This document shows, one piece after another, positions 38,497 to 46,901 of a DNA stretch of 49,397 nucleotides. A program made the translations under genes and the position numbers. A model generated the notes under the pieces. It was not told where the DNA came from and did not search any database. It saw only the letters and a program-made list of their open reading frames with translations. The DNA comes from Oligoflexus sp. (GTDB lineage Bacteria > Bdellovibrionota_B > Oligoflexia > Oligoflexales > Oligoflexaceae): assembly GCA_041736305.1 (NCBI GenBank), contig JBGSTX010000318.1:1-49397 (forward strand), read 5' to 3'. How positions within the stretch are numbered: position 1 is the stretch's first letter; each line of letters starts with the position of its first letter.

Positions 38497-39264
38497 ATGT
38501 TTCCTGAGGTAATTGCAGATGTAGAGAAGTACATCGCATCGCGACCCAACTTTTCTAGAGAGAAGTTCGCGAAGCTTGGCAAAATTTCTGATCGAACCGT
38601 CTATCGGCTTTTAGCGGGGGAGCCAGTGTCACAAAAGTCTCTTATTGCAATACTCAAGGTGATTCACGGGGGCGATCACGTTGAAGTCCTAAAGCAGCTT
38701 GCGGAGACGTATCCCGACAACAAAGCTTTGCAAGAAGCTGCCGATTGCTATAAAAATTTACGGTTGTCCTTTGATGTAGACGATGATCTTAAAGAGTTCT
38801 TCTGTCGAGATGGATTAACCTACCGAGTTTATCTGCTTTTGACCTACGATGAGGGCGTATCGCGTGAAATCGTCCGCGAAGAGTTTGGGAAGATAGGGTT
38901 GGAATTATTTGATGAGCTGCTTAATAAAAATAAGCTGATAGAAGTGAAGCCAGGTTGCTATCGATTAGCGAATAACAGGCAGGGCTTTAGTGATGGTGAA
39001 ATATTGAAAACTTTAGCCGGTCGGCTCTTTGAATTGTATGATCCAAGTACATTTGGTACAAAGGATTCCCAGCTTACTCACATGAGCGGCTGGGTGTCCG
39101 ATGAAGGTTTCGCAGAGATAAAGGACGTGGCGCTGAAAGCTGGGCTTCGATTTATCGAAATTGTTCGCAATTATCCAGGTTCTATCCCTTTTTCGTTAGC
39201 GACCGGCCTGATTAAAATTCGTGAAGACATCAACTTTAAAAAAAATAGCGAGGGCCTTTCATGA
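38497..39264 (+). CDS. HTH-containing protein, TIGR02147/DUF4423-like
   Basis: N-terminal HTH (FAKLGKISDRTVYRLLAGE), central winged-helix-like segment and C-terminal alpha/beta domain; GGAGG RBS. Family call is by resemblance only. Confidence 0.55.
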   Translation: MFPEVIADVEKYIASRPNFSREKFAKLGKISDRTVYRLLAGEPVSQKSLIAILKVIHGGDHVEVLKQLAETYPDNKALQEAADCYKNLRLSFDVDDDLKEFFCRDGLTYRVYLLLTYDEGVSREIVREEFGKIGLELFDELLNKNKLIEVKPGCYRLANNRQGFSDGEILKTLAGRLFELYDPSTFGTKDSQLTHMSGWVSDEGFAEIKDVALKAGLRFIEIVRNYPGSIPFSLATGLIKIREDINFKKNSEGLS

Positions 39265-39620
39265 AGCGTCCACTACTGCTTGCTATACTCCTGCTTATGC
39301 CGTCGCTTCCCGTTTTTGCTGGCGGCGCTACCGGAGGGTTTGGGATCATCCTTCAAAACAACAAAGAACTGTCGCTCCGATACGTTGGTCAATTCGAGAA
39401 TTTGTCTTTGTTGAGAGCCAGTTTGAAAAATTTCAATACCATAGGCACTGTGCAAAATCCCAACGTTACTATCCGTTTGGAAGACCGAATAATCCGTGGC
39501 CGTATCAAGGAGCCGGAATTTATTGATGCGGTTTCGATTGAAACTTCTGACGGCAATAACTTGGTCATTATTAACGAAGCAGATGTCGGCGATCAGCCGG
39601 ATACTGCTCCAGAAAATTAA
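39261..39620 (+). CDS. Secreted hypothetical protein
   Basis: Signal peptide ending VFA followed by GGATGGFG; ATGA-coupled to the upstream regulator. Confidence 0.65.
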   Translation: MKRPLLLAILLLMPSLPVFAGGATGGFGIILQNNKELSLRYVGQFENLSLLRASLKNFNTIGTVQNPNVTIRLEDRIIRGRIKEPEFIDAVSIETSDGNNLVIINEADVGDQPDTAPEN

Positions 39621-39658
39621 TCTTTAGATTTTTTTATCTTAGTATCTAAGCAGGCCAC

Positions 39659-39685
39659 CCCCCTTCGATTAGAAGGGGGTTTTTT
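39659..39685 (+). terminator. Rho-independent terminator
   Basis: CCCCCTTC-GATTA-GAAGGGGG followed by TTTTTT. Confidence 0.8.
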
Positions 39686-40035
39686 GCGTGTGCGCTCTCC
39701 AGCGCGCAACCTAATCGAAGGTGAAAGTCCTCTATGCGCCTGGTAAGGGCAAGCATTAGCTGGTCAGCAAGAGTATTCATAGTGAAATGGAATCTGAAGG
39801 AAGCCGCAGCACGAGTTTTTCCTAAGAGGATATGCTGAGAGCGAAGCGATAAACAGTTAGAAAGGGCCGCTTTCTGTCGCAATTTATGTGGATGCTATAA
39901 AAATAGGCAGCGCTTTGTCAAAAGCCTTGCGGCAAAAATCTTTACATCAAAGATAAACTTTACTTTACTTTGGTCATTTTAGCCTGCTAGGCTAGTTTCT
40001 AAGTCTTATTATGCTTAGAAACGAGGTTTTTGGAG

Positions 40036-40893
40036 ATGGCTGCACGAGTTATTGGTGTTGGTAATCAAAAAGGTGGAGTTGGCAAAACCACTGTAGCTGT
40101 GAATATGGCCGCCGCTTTGGCCGCAGCTGGTAATCCTACCCTCCTTGTAGATATGGATCCTCAAGGAGGAGCTAGTGATGCATTAAATTACGTTCCTCAT
40201 CGAGATACTACGTTGACAATCGGGCATTGGTATCGAAATCCCGAACCGCTTCAAGCAAAGAATCACATTTTTGAAACTCCTTGGGAAAACCTTTTTCTCT
40301 TTCCAAATACAATGGATACGATGGAAGCGGAGATGAGCATATCTCGTGATCCTACTCCGTCGGAGTTTCTAAAAAAATTTTTAAGATGTCCTGCAATTAA
40401 GGAAAGATTTTCCTATGTTATAGTCGATTGTCCTCCTAACTTAGATGTTCATTTCAACAATGCTGCCATGGCTTCAGATTATTTTATTGTTCCCGTAATA
40501 CCTGAACTGAAAACAGTAAAAGGACTAACTAATCTTCAGCGAGCGTTAGAGAAATTTTCGAACGTCCGTGTACTAGGTATGGTCATCTCGCTCGTTCAGC
40601 AAAATCTTAATACCCATAAAAGAGTAGTTGAATGGCTCCAGATTAATTTTGGAAATCAGGTTTTTGAGACTCAAATAGTGAGGTCCAAAGATTTTCCTGA
40701 AACTGATGAATTTTCTCAAATTACCATCTTAAATCATGCTCCTGATTCGAAAGGAGCTGAAGGAATTTTGAATCTAACCGAGGAAGTTGCTAAGCGAATT
40801 GATGAGATTGGCACCGGTAGAAAAAGTAAGCCTAAATTATGGGATTCAAAAATTAATAAGTCCTTCAATGCCCTTGCTGAAACGCTGGGATGA
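40036..40893 (+). CDS. parA: ParA/Soj-family partition ATPase
   Basis: NQKGGVGKTT, LVDMDPQG and IVDCPPNL motifs. Confidence 0.95.
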   Translation: MAARVIGVGNQKGGVGKTTVAVNMAAALAAAGNPTLLVDMDPQGGASDALNYVPHRDTTLTIGHWYRNPEPLQAKNHIFETPWENLFLFPNTMDTMEAEMSISRDPTPSEFLKKFLRCPAIKERFSYVIVDCPPNLDVHFNNAAMASDYFIVPVIPELKTVKGLTNLQRALEKFSNVRVLGMVISLVQQNLNTHKRVVEWLQINFGNQVFETQIVRSKDFPETDEFSQITILNHAPDSKGAEGILNLTEEVAKRIDEIGTGRKSKPKLWDSKINKSFNALAETLG

Positions 40894-41804
40894 TAATGAT
40901 GAAAAAGGAATCAAAAAAGCTTGAGGCTCAGAGAAAAAATAAAGAAAGACTTTCAAAGTTAGGCTTAGGAAGTAACTCGGTCATACTGCAAGCTGTAGAA
41001 GTTTTTAAACTCAAAGGCGATGAGCCAGCTCAAAATCAATCAAGCGATAGTCATAAAAGATTAATTGAAGGAGCCGTAGGATTAGATAGAAGTCAATTAT
41101 ATTCAGAGGGTACCATAAACGAGGCGGCCTATAACGAGGCGGCCCGAAACGAGGCGGCTCATAACGAGGCGGCCCATAACGAGGCGGCCCATAACGAGGC
41201 GGCCCATAACGAGGCGGCCCATAAAGAGGCGGCCCGAAACGAGGCGGCCCGAAACGAGGCAGCCCGAAACGAGGCGGCCCGAAACGAGGCGGCCCGAAAC
41301 GAGGCGGCCCGAAACGAGGCAGCCCGAAACGAGGCAGCCCGAAACGAGGCGGCCCGAAACGAGGCGGCCCGAAACGAGGCGGCCCGAAACGAGGCGGCCC
41401 GAAACGAGGCGGCCCGAAACAAGGCGGCCCGAAACAAGGCGGCCCAAAACGAGGCGGCCCAAAACGAGGCGGCCCAAAACGAGGCGGCTGATAATTTCCT
41501 AATGTCAGCTGATAGTCTTCAGGAGAAACTTTTACATAAGTTTGGAAACAGAGCGTTTCCGACTATACGTCTGGTTCACGCCATATACTTGAAAATGGTC
41601 GAAACACAATCGACTTGTATATGCTTCATCCGTCCTGAACTATTGCTAGCAGTGGGAACAAATTCGAATGCAACCATTTCAAGAACTATTGAAAAAGGCA
41701 AACAGCTGGGGCTAGTGAAAGTCTCGACAGTCTTTTTTCAAAAAGGAGACCTAAAACCTGGTACTTACTTTGAACTTAACTTTGACCTTATAAAAAGTCT
41801 GTAA
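40890..41804 (+). CDS. ParA partner of unknown family with an internal (NEAAx)25 repeat and a C-terminal winged-helix-like domain
   Basis: ATGA-coupled to parA; basic N-terminus with KLGLG; C-terminal ELL..VG..SNATISRTI..G.QLGLV pattern. Confidence 0.6.
   Translation: MIMMKKESKKLEAQRKNKERLSKLGLGSNSVILQAVEVFKLKGDEPAQNQSSDSHKRLIEGAVGLDRSQLYSEGTINEAAYNEAARNEAAHNEAAHNEAAHNEAAHNEAAHKEAARNEAARNEAARNEAARNEAARNEAARNEAARNEAARNEAARNEAARNEAARNEAARNEAARNKAARNKAAQNEAAQNEAAQNEAADNFLMSADSLQEKLLHKFGNRAFPTIRLVHAIYLKMVETQSTCICFIRPELLLAVGTNSNATISRTIEKGKQLGLVKVSTVFFQKGDLKPGTYFELNFDLIKSL
41118..41492 (+). repeat. Tandem array of 25 x 15-bp units (consensus AACGAGGCGGCCCGA)
   Basis: Directly visible; 375 bp with no spacers. 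Confidence 0.97.
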
Positions 41805-41822
41805 AAACAGGAGCTAACCACA

Positions 41823-41888
41823 TACGAGGCGGCCCGTAACGAGGCGGCCTATAACGAGGCGGCCCGTAACAGGCTGGCTCGAAACGAG
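41823..41888 (+). repeat. Intergenic copies of the same 15-bp unit (3 good, 2 degenerate)
   Basis: TACGAGGCGGCCCGT AACGAGGCGGCCTAT AACGAGGCGGCCCGT AACAGGCTGGCTCGA AACGAG, after the stop codon. Confidence 0.92.
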
Positions 41889-42000
41889 TTAGCTTTCAAT
41901 ATCAAGAGGATTTTTTTTTTATTGTTCTATGTAACGATGTGAATCAATTAACCTTAGTCCGTAGGTGAATATCACGGGCTGACTATTTGAAATTTAATGC

Positions 42001-42036
42001 GCAAAGAGAAAGTGATTGGACCCACTTTCTCTTTGC
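42001..42036. repeat. Perfect 14-bp stem-loop (terminator or regulatory hairpin)
   Basis: GCAAAGAGAAAGTG-N8-CACTTTCTCTTTGC. Confidence 0.75.
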
Positions 42037-42072
42037 TAAGCCAAATCCCCTACCAAACAGGAGATCAGACCT

Positions 42073-43101
42073 ATGGAACATGCTTCCACAACGGGCGATG
42101 ATAGTCATCGTCAAAATCGAGCCTTCAAAGCACGTCTTTCTTACTGGTTAAAAAAAGGGCTTCCCTACGAAATAGCCCTAAGTCGTGCTGAATTGCGAGA
42201 CCATCTATCTCGGGAGCCACTCAAACTTGTAAAAGCTCTCCCTACTCCAGGTATGACGGAGAAAGCATTTTCTCCAACATTAGAAAACCTGGGACTAAGA
42301 AAGTCTGTCTGTCAGGAAAGCCCGTCAGAATCAGAAAGTCTGCCTATCAGCAGAAAGTCTGAACGTCAGAAAATCTGCCACCTATCAGAAAATCTGCTCA
42401 CCGAAAGCCGAAGATCCGAACTATCAGCAGTCCAGATTTCCTGGTCGAGCCCTCAGAAAGTTAGATTTGAGCCTTTGAATTTTCCCGCTAGCACTTCTGA
42501 CCAAAAAGATTTTTCTAAATCTAGCTTTAATCCAGTTGAGACTTTTCTATCTCTAACCATAGTCGTTGCTGCAAGCTGGATTTTAGTTTTCTCTTCAGCC
42601 GAAGTTTTTGGCTTCACCCTCCATGGCTGGCTTAAAGCCATTCTCCTCGAACTCGGAATTCTGGGCCTTTTTCTTTATGAATCTAAAGACGATTTAAAAA
42701 AATGGGGCAGCCGCCTTGCATCTGCGGCTCTGATTTGCCTTTCGTTCTTTGTTCTTCATACGGGTGTCCAAAAAAATAGTGCTCAGCAGCTATCAACAGC
42801 TGCCGCATCAAGCGAAAATCTCACCCTCTTGCGGCAAGATCGATCTCGCCTCATATCGGCCCATGACGCGCTTCCTGAAACCCATGTGACAAAGCGAAAT
42901 GTTCTCATGATGGAAGTTCAAAAACTGAGCGATCGTATTGAGATGGGAAAGGCTAAAGCAAGCGAAAGTCTTGAAGTTAAGGTGATCCAGAGTTCCCACA
43001 TGGTGGAAACTTTGATGCGCCTCGTACTTATATTTCTCAATCTTATCTTTTCGCACCGACTGCGGGCCTCGCTTAAAGGGCCCAAGCCTCTTGGAGTTTG
43101 A
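42073..43101 (+). CDS. Hypothetical membrane protein upstream of rep
   Basis: 342 aa; low-complexity N-terminal half, 3 transmembrane segments, a coiled coil and a final transmembrane segment; AGGAG RBS. Confidence 0.6.
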   Translation: MEHASTTGDDSHRQNRAFKARLSYWLKKGLPYEIALSRAELRDHLSREPLKLVKALPTPGMTEKAFSPTLENLGLRKSVCQESPSESESLPISRKSERQKICHLSENLLTESRRSELSAVQISWSSPQKVRFEPLNFPASTSDQKDFSKSSFNPVETFLSLTIVVAASWILVFSSAEVFGFTLHGWLKAILLELGILGLFLYESKDDLKKWGSRLASAALICLSFFVLHTGVQKNSAQQLSTAAASSENLTLLRQDRSRLISAHDALPETHVTKRNVLMMEVQKLSDRIEMGKAKASESLEVKVIQSSHMVETLMRLVLIFLNLIFSHRLRASLKGPKPLGV

Positions 43102-43210
43102 TAGCTATTAGATTCTAAAACTTAGTTTTATTGCGGCTTTTTTAAGCGCCTTAGATTCTTATTGTCAAAATTTGGCAAAGCCTTTGATTTGCCTTGCGTT
43201 GGAGCCTTTG

Positions 43211-45085
43211 ATGAGTGCAGCACATTCACTAGAACATGCCTTTGACGGACAGGGGCGTTGCCGAAAGAAAAAGGACGTTAGGACTAAAGCGCGATCTCAT
43301 TATCAATTCGCCAACTGGTCCTATGATGCAGAGGGTAAACGCGCTGCGGTGCCCATTTATGGAAATCAGAGCGATAAGCGATCAAGTTTTCCTTTGATTT
43401 GCACAACCATCAAAAATGAAGGCACGGGCACGGAAACCCTTGTATGGATTCATTTTGACCTTGATTATAAACGTGCTGATAAGAAATGGCGTTCTGATGA
43501 AAAGCTCGATTGGCCAAAAATCTCAGAAACTCTTCGCTCTGAGGTGCCAGCGTTATTTCAATATATCACAGGCGTCACAAGATCATCGGGCGGTAAGGGC
43601 CTAGGACTTATGCTGAGCATTTCTCCCCTTGAGCTTATAGAGGAGACAAAAGACATCCAAAAGTTGGCCTTTCGGCTGCAAGCCTGGATTATCGATATTT
43701 TAAACTACTATGGAATGGGTGCCGACAAAGGAGCAAGTGGCCTTAAGCGACTTATGCCGAACATTTTTAACTCTGAAAGGCTCCTCGACCGTGACGAAGT
43801 CACAGAAGCCATCATTCAAACTAAACGGCCTCGCGTGATTCAAGATCTGCTTTTTAAGCTTCGCTTCCATACTGCCCTAAAGCTTCCTTGTAAGCGTGAA
43901 CGATCAGATCTTTTATGGCCTGATATCCGAGTAGAGGAGTCGTGTGCTCGCCTCTACATGGACCTTTTAGATCGTGTTGGTCCCTGGGGTAGCGAGCAAC
44001 TGTCGGCCCAGAATCTTATCAGCCAATACGGCCTAGCAAAGAATACGGCCTATAAGCTGCTAGCAAATCCCCCAAAATGGCTTATATCGCATCCAGTCCA
44101 GGGTGAAGGGTACCGGATAAGCATATATCCATCGCGTGAGCTGACAGATCGGGCTTTAGAGCTTCTGAGCGGGAGAGGGGTGAGGAAAGGGCAACCCCGC
44201 CTCTCTTCGTTCAATGTAGCCCTCATTTCGGCTCCTGAGGAGGTCGAGGCCGGCGAACGTAACAGCTGGCTTGTATCAGTGGTCTTGGGCTGCAAATGGA
44301 AGGGGATCGCTCAAGCAGAGGTCTTAAGAGCGCTCAAAGAGGCCGTTAAGCGTGTTCCAAGCTATCGTTCGTCTCGGAGTCTCAGAGGAGATATGCAAAG
44401 GATCATCCGATCTCTTTACGCCCATGACCCTTGCCCTAGAAACAAAGAAGGCTCGAGCCCCCACTTAGTTCTCGCGGATTGGCTGCAAGACATCCTCCTT
44501 TTAAATAAGCCAAAAAGGCTTTCTCAAAAAATATCTATGAAGGGAACCAGCGAAGCTGGTTCTCAACCCACGGCGTCCTTTTCTTCTGCAGCCCGAGGCT
44601 TTTCTTCCCCACCGGACTTGAGCTCTGAACTCTTTGCTGCAGGGTTTGAAAGCCAGGAACTTCTCTTCCACCTGGAAGGATGTCAGGCTGGGGTCAGGGG
44701 CGAGCTAGCCCCTCAGGATGCTCACGCAGACTCAGAATCTCGATTATGCAAAGCACCAGACAAGTCTCGGCCGGATGGCGTCTCTTTCAAACCGCTGCAG
44801 CAAACAGTAAGCCCTACTTTTTTGACTTCCTTTGCAGAAAAAGATGGCTTACAAGATTCGCCTCAGAAGCATGAAAACCCACCTCCTAAGGCTTTGGGCT
44901 TTCTCTCGGGACAAGCGCTCAAAGCGGCGTTTTCAAAGGTCCTGCTAAAATCAGTTCTTCCTGCTGCAGAGAAGGGCCAAACTTTGGAGAGCGTTTTGAG
45001 ATTGGGGAGCGACGAAAAGATTGAAGCGATGCGCGCATTCCTGCTTGGGCAAGGCTATCAAATTTCAGCAGAGGACAGCTTTTAA
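43211..45085 (+). CDS. Putative replication initiator with primase-like (AEP) and PriCT-like domains
   Basis: HFDLD (hhDhD), TRSSGGKG (S.G.G motif, lacking the usual His) and GERNSWL (GxRN, PriCT-like); located next to the par locus. Confidence 0.55.
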   Translation: MSAAHSLEHAFDGQGRCRKKKDVRTKARSHYQFANWSYDAEGKRAAVPIYGNQSDKRSSFPLICTTIKNEGTGTETLVWIHFDLDYKRADKKWRSDEKLDWPKISETLRSEVPALFQYITGVTRSSGGKGLGLMLSISPLELIEETKDIQKLAFRLQAWIIDILNYYGMGADKGASGLKRLMPNIFNSERLLDRDEVTEAIIQTKRPRVIQDLLFKLRFHTALKLPCKRERSDLLWPDIRVEESCARLYMDLLDRVGPWGSEQLSAQNLISQYGLAKNTAYKLLANPPKWLISHPVQGEGYRISIYPSRELTDRALELLSGRGVRKGQPRLSSFNVALISAPEEVEAGERNSWLVSVVLGCKWKGIAQAEVLRALKEAVKRVPSYRSSRSLRGDMQRIIRSLYAHDPCPRNKEGSSPHLVLADWLQDILLLNKPKRLSQKISMKGTSEAGSQPTASFSSAARGFSSPPDLSSELFAAGFESQELLFHLEGCQAGVRGELAPQDAHADSESRLCKAPDKSRPDGVSFKPLQQTVSPTFLTSFAEKDGLQDSPQKHENPPPKALGFLSGQALKAAFSKVLLKSVLPAAEKGQTLESVLRLGSDEKIEAMRAFLLGQGYQISAEDSF

Positions 45086-45645
45086 TAGGAAATTCTGATG
45101 AGAAAGCCCATAAGATCTTTCGCGGGTCCGCCTTTGACAGGTTTTACGCCAAGAGCTTTAGCCAAAAGCTGTGAAAACCTTTTGGTCGAAACCTCAAGCT
45201 TTCCCCTTTTGATTGTTCTCTCAAATTCAGATTTAAGATCTGCCACCGAACTCCAATCCCCACTGTAGACCGAGGGTCTAATGCGATGAGCTTTAATCCA
45301 TTCCTCAAGACTCAGTTCGTAGTAGATTTCGTAATAGCCGGGTCTATCAAAATGCGGGCTAAGATCAAAGCCCCCTTTATGAGTTTTCTTCGCCCGGAGC
45401 TTATCTTCCAATGCAGCTAAGTCTTTTCTGAGCGAGCGGATTTCTGCATCTTTTGCTCTAAGCTGTGTTTCAAGCGCATGGATTTTCCTCTCGTCATAGG
45501 CGAACGGCGCGCGGTGATCGCTGCGCAGAGCCCCCCAAAGATCGCCCTTAGTTATTTTCTGCGCTTGGCGGAGGGCCAAGAGAGCTTCATGGTCATTGTC
45601 GCTGCCGGCGAGGCGGACCAATTTTTCAAGTTTTTTGATATCCAA
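45082..45645 (-). CDS. Hypothetical protein with a DUF2786-like N-terminus
   Basis: KKLEKLVRLAGSDNDHEALLALRQAQK, then a coiled coil and a small C-terminal domain; TTG start after GGAG. Confidence 0.6.
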   Translation of the reverse strand: MDIKKLEKLVRLAGSDNDHEALLALRQAQKITKGDLWGALRSDHRAPFAYDERKIHALETQLRAKDAEIRSLRKDLAALEDKLRAKKTHKGGFDLSPHFDRPGYYEIYYELSLEEWIKAHRIRPSVYSGDWSSVADLKSEFERTIKRGKLEVSTKRFSQLLAKALGVKPVKGGPAKDLMGFLIRISY

Positions 45646-45682
45646 AGATAAAAGCTCCCGTGTGTCCTAGTTTTCGGAGAAA

Positions 45683-45735
45683 GATTTATCATCCTCCGAG
45701 AAATGAAACAAGATTTTTTCGGAGGATGATAAATC
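45683..45735. repeat. 17-bp perfect inverted repeat in a divergent promoter region
   Basis: GATTTATCATCCTCCGA-N19-TCGGAGGATGATAAATC. Confidence 0.85.
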
Positions 45736-45938
45736 ATCTTCCGGATAAGGAAATGGAGGTCGGAGGATTGCATTTGATCTTCCGGTAAGTCAAAAAATGT
45801 TAAATTACTTTACATTTACTATTTACATTACATTATTTTACATTTACCATTACAAATAGGGGTGGGGGCCGGCTTAAATTCTCTGAACTTATTCGGAGAA
45901 TTACGGATAATCTTCCGGTCAGTGTGAAGGAGTTGGAA

Positions 45939-46838
45939 ATGAGCAATGATCGAAAGCCATATGGGCCAAGGGTATCGTATGAGGAGGCAAGGCCCCATAT
46001 CTTGAATTTAGTGGCAGGCGGAAAGGCTAGGCCGTCGGCAAAGGACCTTTATGACGTAATGGGCCGTGGTAGCATTGCGACCCATCAAAAGCATATTGAT
46101 CGCTTTCGGGAAGAGGAGCAGCCGAGAAGGGCCGCAGAACTCGTCATGCCGCCTGACGCCCAAGAATTTTATCTCCTGGTTTTGCGAAAGCAGCTTTCGG
46201 AAGCCCGCCGCGATTTTGAAAGCGAACTCCTTGAACTAAGGCAAGATAAGGCAACGCTTGTCGAGGAGTCGGAACGCCTTCAAGAAGAACTCGAAGCCTC
46301 CGAGGCAAGATATCTAGAGGCTTCATCCCAGCTGCAGCAAAAGCTAGGGGCCATGGAGCAGATGAACGAAGAGATTTCTAGACTTCGCTTGGAAGTGGAA
46401 AGAGCTAAAGAAGAGGCTCGGCGGGAAATCGACGCGGTACGGCTCGCTGCAGACACTGCCATCGCCGGCATTGAAAATAGGGCCAAGCAAGATATGGCTG
46501 CTTTGCGGATTGATATCGATAACTTTCGCCAAGAATCCGAAAAGTCTAAACTGGCGCTTGTCAAAGCAGATTTGCGGCTAGAAGAGCTGCCGCGACTAAG
46601 TGCCGAAAAAGATCGTTTGCAGAAGGCGTTTGATGCTGAGCGTGATAATAGGCATAAGGCCGAGCAGAACCGAGCAGTGGCCGAGGCAAGGTGTGATGAG
46701 TTGAAGGCGTATCGAACCGAAGCCGAGGGCCTTCGTGATGAGTTAAAATCGCTTCAGGAAAAGCGCCTCGCTTTGGAAACCGCCGTTGCTACGTTGACAG
46801 CTGAACGGGTAGCGGAAAAAAGAGCCAATAAGCCCTAA
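45939..46838 (+). CDS. KfrA-like DNA-binding coiled-coil protein
   Basis: KfrA_N pattern (L...G..PS......MGRGS..T..KH...F) followed by a long coiled coil. Confidence 0.8.
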   Translation: MSNDRKPYGPRVSYEEARPHILNLVAGGKARPSAKDLYDVMGRGSIATHQKHIDRFREEEQPRRAAELVMPPDAQEFYLLVLRKQLSEARRDFESELLELRQDKATLVEESERLQEELEASEARYLEASSQLQQKLGAMEQMNEEISRLRLEVERAKEEARREIDAVRLAADTAIAGIENRAKQDMAALRIDIDNFRQESEKSKLALVKADLRLEELPRLSAEKDRLQKAFDAERDNRHKAEQNRAVAEARCDELKAYRTEAEGLRDELKSLQEKRLALETAVATLTAERVAEKRANKP

Positions 46839-46901
46839 AAAATTGATGAATATGACGCTTAGGCTGGAATAGTAGCAGCGCCTACAGTAAGGAGAAAATG
46901 G

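Noticed and set aside
39646-39882. 78-aa minus-strand ORF upstream of parA
   Set aside because: Overlaps a terminator and the presumed parA promoter region, with no family features.
41103-41477. Minus-strand ORFs with GRLVS and FRAAS repeats
   Set aside because: Shadow frames of a stop-free 15-bp repeat.
41118-41492. Repeat array as a CRISPR array
   Set aside because: Units are contiguous 15-mers with no unique spacers, and no cas genes are present.
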